From Paraphysomonas bandaiensis (taxonomy: Eukaryota > Protista > Chrysophyceae), in the NCBI GenBank assembly GCA_965644295.1, contig CBFFRP010000201.1, positions 6,840 to 70,839 of the forward strand: DNA of 64,000 nt. The letters are read 5' to 3'. Positions 54,601-64,000 of the stretch are shown here, one piece after another. The notes beneath the pieces are model-generated. The model was not told the DNA's origin, did no database searches, and worked only from the letters and a program-made list of their open reading frames with translations. How positions within the stretch are numbered: the first letter of the stretch is position 1; every line of letters begins with the position of its first letter. Made by a program: the position numbers and the translations under genes.

Positions 54601-56095
54601 CTAATCTGCAACTCGAGTTTCCCGTGTTGTTATTGGAAGGAGACGACCCGGGGCAGGTTCAAGAGTGGTATCAGATGAAATATGGATGGGATGATGAATT
54701 CAAGCTCTCACTTTCGAAACAACTCATTATGGCTGGAGTAAACGAAGATTTTGTTGGGAGTAAAACAGCTTTACAACTTCGCCGGGAGGGAATGATCCTA
54801 TTTAGTTTTCCAACTGGCAACTCTTCTATGCGAACAGCACTTTCGGGCGGTGATCCAGATTCTAGCAGTCTTTTTGACGATGTCGGAGAGCTGACCTGCT
54901 CTGAAGATACTAGCCGAGAAATTCATGATTCTCGTATGGCCTTTGCTGCGGATCCTACTAGTGAAGCTGACAATTCAATCTCGATTGTTCTTACGACATG
55001 CAGGCGACTCTCGCACTTCATACGCGTTGCGAGCTCGCTTCATTCATTGTTAGAAACGTTTCCAAGTGACTTTGTTCTCCAAGTAGTTGTTGTGGATGAT
55101 GCATCCTCAGGTATATTGTTTTTAACGTCGAATACCTAGTCTAATCTGTTGTCAGTCGATGACCGAATAAGGATGCTGACCATGTTTGAGAGTTTTACAT
55201 TCTTATTTAAAAGTAGTGATTCACGAGGGCACGCAAGTAGCCTTAACCTAATGATGAGAATAGTGACGTCCAGGTTTTTGTTGTACTTAGAGGATGACTG
55301 GCTACCCCTGGCCGTCCCTTTGATGGATCATGATTTCGCATCCGGATTACAAGCTCGAAGTGATTGTTCCGGAAATAGTTATTGCTCGTTTTATTGGATT
55401 TTGAAAGCTGCAGTGGATGTGATTAACAACAGTTTATATGGTAACTCGACTACTCTCGAACCTGTTGCTCAGGTATTGCTCAACGAACAGGCGACAAGTG
55501 GCTGCGCTAGAGGCCTGCTTCCCATACAATACAGCAACCAAGACACTGATTTTATACTACGTCAGCGATTATCGCTGCGGTGCGATGTGAGTGTTATAGG
55601 TAAAGGAGGATGGAGCCGGATGGCCGAAGCGCAGTCGTCATGTCTCAATGAAGGTTCTATTGGCAATGAAGATAGAATTGTATACAGAATCCATGAGTTC
55701 GGATTGGCCGGGGGAATTTTGGTATGTGTGCGATAAACCGGGGAACGTTCATCCTTACTCTGTAGCAGGCGTATGACCAGCGCGTACATGGACATACAGT
55801 GTGGCCAGGCCTTAGTTTAAATCCAGGCACACTTCCCTCTATTGTGCTGATTCTAATATCTGATTATTGTTTTGCAGGGGTTTGGGACTTGGCACAAATG
55901 CGCTATGCTTTTCATAGTTGCTTTGCAAGAAATAGCATCTTTGATGAACAGGATGAGGCATTTGAACATAGATTTACACTAATCGGAAGTATTGTGGGGT
56001 TAAACGTAGCGTTTTTTCCAATTGTATCGTTTATTCACACTGGAGAAGATATATCAGCCTATGTACTTAACAACTTCTCTCGCCCTTGGCAATAG
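51614..56095 (+). CDS. Large secreted/lumenal glycosyltransferase-like protein: signal peptide, Cys-rich N-terminus, GT41/SPY-like C-lobe fragment, C-terminal GT-A (GT2-like) domain; multi-exon, exon boundaries approximate
   Basis: MSPLHLLILLSSIL signal; GTAVLSL...GLYEMLGL...IAANVNDVV..A..VA.N; ISIVLTTCRR, VVVVDDASS, GHASSLN, YLEDDW, WPGLSLNPG, FEHRF, FIHTG. Confidence 0.65.
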
Positions 56096-56929
56096 GTTTA
56101 TAAATTTGGTATAGTGATTATTGTGAAATAGTTACTATTTTCTTATTTTTACAGTTTTTGTTGTGTTAAGTGAGAAGAAATTTTAGTTAATCTTCTCCGG
56201 TGTATAATTGATTTTTTTACGTAGTTCTGTCATATTTGAACTTATCAATCTAACTATTCGATTAGGGTTAGGGTTATCAATATCTCATATTGACATATTT
56301 TATGTCATAGAATGAAATGATTGTGATTTATTTAATATCAGTTATTTGAATTGGATGCGATGTGCACGCTATAATCTGGCCTGGGGGGCTGATGAATTGA
56401 GGAAGGCGATAGCGGTAACCCATCAGCATATCATCCTACAGGATGCCCACTGTTATTTTCTTTACCCCTCTGGCCTCTTCATTGAACTTGATAATACCTT
56501 TCTCAGACTTGAAGCAAGTCTAGAGCAAGATCCCGCCTTAGATGGCCCCGGTAGCAGTGCATTGCCTATAAGCCTAAAACACTAAAAATGCATCTATGAC
56601 CTACCAAATGTCTCTTAGGTCCTCAACACCACACCAGCCATCACCCAACTACCTCCTCCCCGTCACTCTCGCAGCAGACTACAACAGGACCAGATCTATA
56701 CCATCCCAGCTTACTGAAAGAACTCCCAAACCCCAGGACGTCAAAATCCACACAACCACTGCACCTCGTACTAAGAGTGAAAAACAAAATAATGTCCCTC
56801 TCCAGCACTATATAACAAACCCCTTCTGTACTTCAAGGACTCACGTCCATAGAGAGCTTCTCCCTCACATACAAGAACAAAAAACGAAGAGAGGAGGACA
56901 AGGGCAAGCCTTTTTTTCTACCCCCCAAC

Positions 56930-56987
56930 GCCCCTGCAAGGGGCTCTTCTCTTCGAGAGTTTCAAATTACAACCTTCGGTTGTAATT
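56930..56987. repeat. Three adjacent perfect hairpins with 3-nt loops
   Basis: GCCCCT-gca-AGGGGC; TCTC-ttc-GAGA; AATTACAACC-ttc-GGTTGTAATT. Confidence 0.85.
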
Positions 56988-57006
56988 CCTTCTCTTTGCT
57001 AATTTA

Positions 57007-57157
57007 ACTTTATATATTATTAATAACTTAATTACTTTATATATTATTAATAACTTTTAATTACTTTATATATTATTTATATTCTTAAATAAAATTAATT
57101 ACTTTATATATTATTTATATTCTTAAATAAAATTAATTACTTTATATATTATTTATA
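57007..57157 (+). repeat. AT-rich direct-repeat array, 5x ACTTTATATATTATT (spacing 27, 29, 38, 38)
   Basis: Copies start at 57007, 57034, 57063, 57101, 57139. Confidence 0.9.
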
Positions 57158-57161
57158 ATGT

Positions 57162-57344
57162 TTATAATAAAAAGTAATATAGATAGTAAAGTAGATTTAA
57201 TAAGTAGATTTAATAGTAGATATAGGGGGAGGGAAAAATTAAAATGAAAAATAATTTAATTTGTAAGGTTTGTAAAAACCCCGGGATTCTACCATAAAAA
57301 CTACTTATTAAATCTACTTTGTTATCTATATGACTTTTTTATAA
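57162..57344. repeat. Imperfect inverted repeat with ~45 bp arms (57162-57207 / 57301-57344)
   Basis: ttataataaaaagtaatatagatagtaaagtagatttaataagtag vs reverse complement of ctacttattaaatctactttgttatctatatgacttttttataa. Confidence 0.85.
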
Positions 57345-57604
57345 TAATGTATAATGGCAATGCTTAAAGCTCTGGAATGTAGTTGTAGTGATATAATGGC
57401 GAAGCTTTAAGCAAAAACTCATAAAACCTTGAATTCTAATTTAAATATAGAATATAATAATGTAATGCTATATTATATATAGATGTCAATTTATACAAAG
57501 CCCAAAACAAGCAATAATGCCATTTTCAATGCAGAAAATCATAAACAGATTGAAAATATATATAAAATGGTTTAAAAAGAAATTATTATATATATATTAT
57601 TACT

Positions 57605-58126
57605 ATGATTGAAGAATGGAAAGTGATTGATGGATACAACAATAACTATAGTGTATCAAATAAAGGAAATGTAAAGAATAACAATACGGAAAGAATATTA
57701 AAGCAAACTATAAATAGAGATGGTTACCATAGACTCAGTCTTTATGTTGATAGAAAGCAAAAAACAGTTGAGATTCATCGATTAGTTGCAATAGCGTTTA
57801 TACCAAATCCAGAAAATAAGCCTTGTGTAGATCATATAAATAATAACACATTAGACAACAATGTTAATAATTTGAGATGGGCAACCGCAAAAGAGAATCA
57901 ATATAACCAAAAATTAAGCAAAGCAAACAAATGTGGAGTAAAAGGCGTATGTTATAACAAAAGAGATAAGAAATGGCGAGCGTCAATAAAATTAGACGGC
58001 ATTAAAATCCACATTGGAAACTTCTCCACAATAGAAGAAGCAAAACAAGCAAGAATAAAAAGAGCGAATAAAGCATTCGGAGTCTTCATAAATGCCTGTG
58101 AAAAAGAAGAAGAACCCCTTACATAA
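57605..58126 (+). CDS. NUMOD4-HNH-AP2 homing-endonuclease-like protein (173 aa), intronless, AT-rich
   Basis: EEWKVIDGY..YSVSNKGNV (NUMOD4); IHRLVAIAFIPNPENKPCVDHINNNTLDNNVNNLRWATAKEN (HNH); GVKGVCYNKRDKKWRASI..DG.KIHIGNFSTIEEA..AR (AP2). Confidence 0.93.
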   Translation: MIEEWKVIDGYNNNYSVSNKGNVKNNNTERILKQTINRDGYHRLSLYVDRKQKTVEIHRLVAIAFIPNPENKPCVDHINNNTLDNNVNNLRWATAKENQYNQKLSKANKCGVKGVCYNKRDKKWRASIKLDGIKIHIGNFSTIEEAKQARIKRANKAFGVFINACEKEEEPLT

Positions 58127-58405
58127 CAATAACAATGAATATAACGAATACGATACATACAACCAAACAAAGACAACATACCTGAAATGCACTCATAATG
58201 ACATCATCATATTTCCTTTATTATATCACAATGATATATACACAATGACAATGAATATATATATATGCATATCACTGAGTGGGTGGTTTGTACACTATAG
58301 TAGTAAATGAATGGTGTTGAACACATCGAACACAACTTAGGTTCTTTATCATGTAATGTTTATAATTTCATCTTATCAGTTGAGAATAGTAAACCTTAGC
58401 AAATA

Positions 58406-61400
58406 ATGTCAACTTCTGTTATGGTAGCGAATGCTAGTTGTAGGGATGGGGAAGATGACAAGAAGCTACGGTTTGACAAGAACCAAGCAGACTATTCAGC
58501 GAGAAAAATCAAGATGCATCTAATGAAGAAAAACCGAAACCATCTTGGCTTGGAGGACCCGCCAGCCGGAGGAAGAAATTTAGAGTCATGGAGAGAGCGT
58601 AATGATACCTGTGTTAGTACTATTTGGGAGGCTTGCGAGCATGACCCTGATGTGTTGGAGGTAGCCAATCAATATTTGGAGGAAGGCAATTTTACCTGCT
58701 GATGATCCTGCTAAGGAGGTGTTATCCAGTGAGCTCCTTCAGACACTGGTTGATAGGTTCAGAGGCGAGATTGGGACTGTATTGGAGAAGACTACGGCAG
58801 AATACCATTCGTTCAAAATAAGGCCGGGGGAAAAAGGTGTCTGTTGGGGTAGATCGACTGAACGGTATAATCCAGAAGCTCATAAAATTGGGACAACCGC
58901 AGACAGAGGCAAGTAAATTAGCAAAGATAAAAGCAGCGCTGCAGATAGAGGAATTACATGATTTATGGATGTCGGTAGCGATGATGCCTAAAGCAACAAC
59001 TACATTTGATTCGGTGAAAGAGGCTTGTGAAGAGTATGGCAGGCTATGACGCAGCTGAAGAAACTAAAGGGAGACAAATCTGAAGAGATCAATTTTACGG
59101 CGTCGAAGGAGCCAGTGGTTTGTTCATTTTGTCGGAAGAAGGGACATGTAGCAGCGAATTGTTATGCTAAGGAACGACAAAGAAAAATGGATAAGTTCAA
59201 AAGAAAAGGGAAGACAAAGGAAAAGGCTTCGAAGAGTGTGCAGCAGCCAGGATCAAAGGATTATACTGGTTGTCATATCTGTGGAGATTTTAGTCATAAA
59301 GCCCGACAGTGCAAGTCGAAAAAACGGAAGAACATAAAAAACCCGGATAATGAGAATCCTCGAAAATCGAACAGGAAATTCGAGACAGAATGGAAGAAAT
59401 ACGTCAACGACGGAGAGTCGTCGGATGATGAAGGAGATATGTTTGGAGAAGAGGTTTTGCTATCGGTGGATACGTCGGAAGAACCTCGTGTATATCTGGA
59501 CAGTTGTGCAAGTAAAAGACTGTTTATAGTAAAGGATAAAATTGCACTGGAGTCATTTACTCCTGAGTTTGGGGCAATCCAACTAACTAGAAGGGGTTCT
59601 CAATTGGAGACACAGGGGGCTGGTACATTCGGGGAATGGAGAGACATCAGAGTTAGTGAAGAAGCGGTGAAGAACATTGTGTCAGGAGGGATGCTGAGAT
59701 CAATGGGATACGGATTACAACTGCTTCGAAAGCCTAAAATCGTGGAATTGGACTCTGGAAACGAGGTGTTGACTGGAGAGTACGATGAGCATGGAGGGAT
59801 GCCGTATGTGGACTTGATGGAGGTGTTAAATCTGCCAAATGTGTCTATGTGCAATCAGATGGAGGAGGTAAATTTGTCGGATAATACAGGACAAGATGCG
59901 TTGGATCGCTTACATGAGCGTACTGGACATGTCTCGAAATCGAAGTTAATAGAAGCTCACCGACACATGTTATTCAGAGGATCAGGACTACAACGACATC
60001 ACCTTTCGAAGGCAAAAGGAGAAGAGTTGCAAGAAACCCCTGTGTAAATGGTGTGCCAAGGTGAAGATAACCAGGCATTCGTTCAAATCACGGGACAACG
60101 AAGAGCTAAGCGCAGTCAGGTTCCTGGAAAGAGTAACAGCGGACATCTCCGTCTATCTCAATTGTGAATCCAGACAAGGGTATAAGTACGTGCTCCTATT
60201 TACGGACTTAGCAACAAAGATGATATGGGAATATGGATTGAGGACTCGAAGCGGAGAGGAGGTGTTCAAATGTCTACGACACTTGTGCGAGGTCCACTTA
60301 GTGAAGTACGAGGGGTGGAACCGTATAGTGGAGTATCATGCCGATGGAGGATCCGAACTTATTAGTCAGCAAATAAGAGAGTATCTGTTGCAGCGATATG
60401 GGACTCGTGTGCCACATACAACACGAGACACGCCAGAGCTCAACGCGGTGTCTGAGAGGAAATTCCGAACAATTGGGGAGATGACACTGACGATGTTGAC
60501 GGCATCTGGACTTCCAAAGTCGTACTGGTTTGATGCTTATCAAACTGCATGTTACATTGTGCGACGAATGCCAACTCGGACGTGGCAAGGATGGATGTCT
60601 CCATATGAGTGTGTCCCAGGGGGAGCGTTCCCAGCCTATCGTGGCTACGGAAATGGGGGTGCAAAGCATATGTGCTAACACCCAAGGCCGACAGGAGGAA
60701 GGACTGGGAGGACAAAGCAATGACAGGTTATTTCATAGGGTATCCAGCTGATCGAGAAAGGATACAAGGTGCTAGTGGGGGACACCGTAGTACACTCTGT
60801 ACATGTATTATTTGATGAATCGGTACCTGAGAGGTCTCAGGATTATTATAGAGAGCTGGAGGAGGCTCAAGTGGCTATAGATCCCGAGGCTCGTCAACCG
60901 GGTGAGTTTGAGTATCTTATCGGAAAGCACCATGAGGATGGTGGTCTGCTATACAAGACTAACAGAGTGGTGATAAGGAAGGGACTTATTGTGGGATACC
61001 GGTCGTTGGTTACTGGTAACCAGGTTCAAGTGGAGGATAAAACTCCTATTCATATTGCTGACATCAAGAAGATGACAGAGGATCTTGCGCAGAGGGTGGT
61101 TAGGGCCAGAGTTACTGACAACCGTGACGGCGGTATCAGCGGAGTGGTGCCACAGCAGTCGGAAAGTGGGCAGGTGCAGCCCCAGGCTGACTCAGCATTA
61201 CCTTCGGGGGAAGGGACCCCTGCCGAGAATCATCCGCACGGCAAACGCGCAAGAACTCCAAGGACGGTAACGAATGTGTCGGTGTTAGGACAAATCCATC
61301 ATTTGAGTGATGAGAGTGATGTGAGTGACCTCTTACAGGAGGCAGACTCAGTGTGGATGTCAGCGGAAGAGTCGACAGTGCCTCAGACACATCGTGAGTC

Positions 61401-63010
61401 CTTGGAGAGTGCCGAGCACAGTGGAGTGGAGACGAGCTCGCCGTGTAGAGCGAGAGGGTTTGGCGAAGCGAGATACCATGGAGGTGACTCGTATACCGGA
61501 CGGAGTCGTCCCACTGCACTCCAAGTACGTCTATGGAAAGAAGTACGATAAGGAGGAGAGGTCCGCCGATATAAGGCTCGTCTTGTAGCAATCGGTTGTG
61601 GACAGCAGTCGAGTGGTTGGGCGAACCATTTCGCACCCGTTGTTAAGGGGGTAACAGTGCGACTGTTAATCGCCATAGCTTTCGTGATGAACATGGTAAT
61701 TCATCAACTGGATGTGTCTAACGCATTTCTATATGCAGATATAGAGGGGGATGTATATATGAAGGCAACTCCGGACTTTCAGCTGCCTGAGGGGTACTGC
61801 TTTAAGTTGAAGAAGTCGTTATACGGGCTTCGGAGTTCCCCGCGGTCGTGGTGGAAAACATTGGATAAATTCATACGATCTATGCATTTTAAACCATGTG
61901 TATTAGACCCGTGTTTGTATTATGTAGTATAAGGGCGATGAATTGATATTATTAACGATATATGTGGATGATATCCTAGTGTTAGGTCGTGATGTCAACA
62001 TAGTGAAGGATATTAAAGCTCAACTGTGTGCCCGGTTTGATATGAAGGATATGGGCGAGATGGAACATTTTCTGAATGTTCGAGTCACAAGAACGCCAGA
62101 GTATATTCGTCTTGACCAATCAGTATATGCGGCTAAGATCTTAGAAAAGTTTGAAAAGTATCTTGGGTCACCGCGAAAGGTACGGAAGAGTCCTCTACCG
62201 GCGGAAGCAATGGATTTAGTGGCAAAAGGGGCGCGGCATGAGCATACCGAGGAGGAACAGCTTATAGTAGATAACTTTCCATATCGGCCGCTGATAGGTG
62301 CATTACTATATCTATCGATGAACACGAGGCCGGATATTGCCTATGCAGTGGGAGTACTGTCTCGGTTCAGTAATAAGGTGAATATTGAAGTATGCAAGCT
62401 ATTAACACACGTATGGCAATATATTCGTGGTTCTATTGACAAAGGGATTCAATATGGGAGTAGACGGTTCGACTTCCATATGTTTACTGACGCGGATTGG
62501 GCGGGAGACCAGATCTCCAGGAAGTCCACGTCGGGGTACGTTGGGTTTGCAGCGGGAGGGCCTATAGTCTGGCAGTCCAAACTGCAGACGACAGTGGCAA
62601 CGTCAAGCATGCAGTCTGAGTATCAATGTATTTACTCGGGTCTCCAAGAAGTGCTATGGGTTCGGGGGGTGACGGGTGAGATTAAGTTGAGGCTCATCAA
62701 ACCCACACCATTCTTCATCGACAGTCAGAGTGCCCAGGATTTGGCCGAAAACCCAGTATTTCACAAGAAGTCGAAGCACATTGAGATTAAGTATCACATG
62801 GTGAGAGAGCACGTGGATCCCAATCAGTTCAATACGATTAAGTTAGTGCATGTGCATACATCGCAACAAGCAGCAGATATTTATACAAAGTCATTGGTTG
62901 GTTTATCCATATGGAGCAGAGAAAGAGAAATCTTGGAGAGAAAATTAAGAGTTCCACTGAAGTGATTAATGAGGGACCAAGGGATAAAAGAAGACGCAAG
63001 TAGGTACTGA
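58406..63010 (+). pseudogene. Copia gag-pol polyprotein broken by roughly ten frameshifts (real decay or consensus errors)
   Basis: CSFCRKKGHVAANC and CHICGDFSHKARQC knuckles; YLDSCAS protease; LHERTGH; HADGGSE, PELNAVSERKFRT; QLDVSNAFL, LKKSLYGL, YVDD; FTDADWAGD, KHIEIKYH, ADIYTK spread over successive frames. Confidence 0.88.
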
Positions 63011-63806
63011 GTTTTGTAGACAGAGGTTTAGACTTAGAGATGAGTCTATTTTACTGTCAAGAATTTTTTTATCTCAGGCATTCAATAGCTGGGAGGCGTC
63101 ATAGTACAACACTCAATTGAGGGAGTGTTGAGATCTGAAGATTCTATATACTTGCAATTGAGTGCAGTATTATGTGAGATGCAAGGATCGAAAGATATGT
63201 ATGTAATTAGTACATTATATTGTGTAGTATGAAACTGAAGTAGAAGTGGGTGACTATACAGGATACGATCACTGAGTGTGTGGTTTGTACACTATAGTAG
63301 TAAATGAATGGTGTTGAACACATCGAACACAACTTAGGTTCTTTATCATGTAATGTTTATAATTTCATCTTATCAGTTGAGAATAGTAAACCTTAGCAAA
63401 TAAGGTACTGAGTTTTTTAGACAGAGGTTTAGACTTAGAGATGAGTCTATTTTACTGTCAAGAATTTTTTTATCTCAGGCATTCAATAGCTGGGAGGCGT
63501 CATAAGTACAACACTCAATTGAGGGGGAGTGTTGAGATCTGAAGATTCTATATACTTGCAATTGAGTGCAGTATTATGTGAGATGCAAGGATCGAAAGAT
63601 ATATATGTAATTAGTACATTATATTATGTAGTATGAAACTGAAGTAGAAGTGGATGACTATACAGGATACGATCACTGAGTGGGTGGTTTGTACACTATA
63701 GTAGTAAATGAATGGTGTTGAACACATCGAACACAACTTAGGTTCTTTATCATGTAATGTTTATAATTTCATCTTATCAGTTGAGAATAGTAAACCTTAG
63801 CAAATA
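63002..63806 (+). repeat. Two tandem ~400 bp units (63002-63402, 63403-63806), each 3'UTR + PPT + LTR + 5' leader
   Basis: aggtactgagtttt...ccttagcaaata repeated with few differences. Confidence 0.95.
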
Positions 63807-63820
63807 ATGTCAACTTCTGT

Positions 63821-64000
63821 TATTATTAATAACTTTTAATTACTTTATATATTATTTATATTCTTAAATAAAATTAATTACTTTATATATTATTTATATT
63901 CTTAAATAAAATTAATTACTTTATATATTATTTATAATGTTTATAATAAAAAGTAATATAGATAGTAAAGTAGATTTAATAAGTAGATTTAATAGTAGAT
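63821..64000 (+). repeat. Second copy of the AT-rich island start (= 57042-57221); runs off the window edge
   Basis: Identical by eye over 180 bp; offset 6779 bp. Confidence 0.93.

Larger units (their letters stand above)
58271..63820 (+). mobile_element. Ty1/Copia LTR retrotransposon tandem array: 5'-truncated LTR, gag-pol, LTR, mini internal unit, LTR, first codons of gag
   Basis: Order Gag-PR-IN-RT-RH; polypurine tracts followed by TGTTG at 63126 and 63530; block atcactgag...caaata present three times. Confidence 0.93.

Noticed and set aside
56346-56985. ORFs 56346-56585 and 56596-56985 as genes of the island
   Set aside because: No recognisable motifs; cannot be supported without a search
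57007-57157. CRISPR array
   Set aside because: The 'spacers' are themselves repeated and only 12-23 nt; there are no cas genes; the context is eukaryotic
58690-62965. Programmed frameshifting in the Copia polyprotein
   Set aside because: There are too many breaks, scattered inside conserved domains; decay or sequence error is more parsimonious

Overview
Compact, gene-dense eukaryotic nuclear DNA in the standard genetic code, with short (~45-60 nt) GT-AG introns. Gene content and intron style suggest a flagellated protist, probably a stramenopile (inference only). The centre (7-56 kb) holds 13 host genes, mostly in head-to-head pairs: AdoMetDC, an ABC1/ADCK2 kinase, IMP4, EFHB/FAP21-like, ITPK1, LSM1, a CCDC81-HU/calcyphosin/IQ fusion, a GTPBP1/2 GTPase, UFD1-UBX, an EF-hand EML5/6-like protein, CTR9, RECQL4 and a secreted multi-glycosyltransferase-like protein. 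Both ends are mobile DNA. Left end: a divergent Ty3/Gypsy element whose Gag-protease ORF is separated from an intact in-frame RT-RNase H by a single UGA. An H-type pseudoknot can be read 12 nt downstream of that UGA, so it is a candidate programmed-readthrough signal and the strongest finding here. Right end: an AT-rich, virus-like island (triloop hairpins, iteron-like repeats, inverted repeat, intronless NUMOD4-HNH-AP2 endonuclease) joined to a Ty1/Copia tandem array. The array contains a mini-unit lacking the whole coding region, and the AT-rich island restarts after it. Also present: a two-copy ~540 bp structured repeat with an HDV-ribozyme-like core, a 99 bp hAT-type MITE, an AdoMetDC leader with two introns and tiny uORFs, and a recurrent purine/pyrimidine-alternating promoter architecture. 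All alignments and base pairings were made by eye; no searches or folding programs were run.
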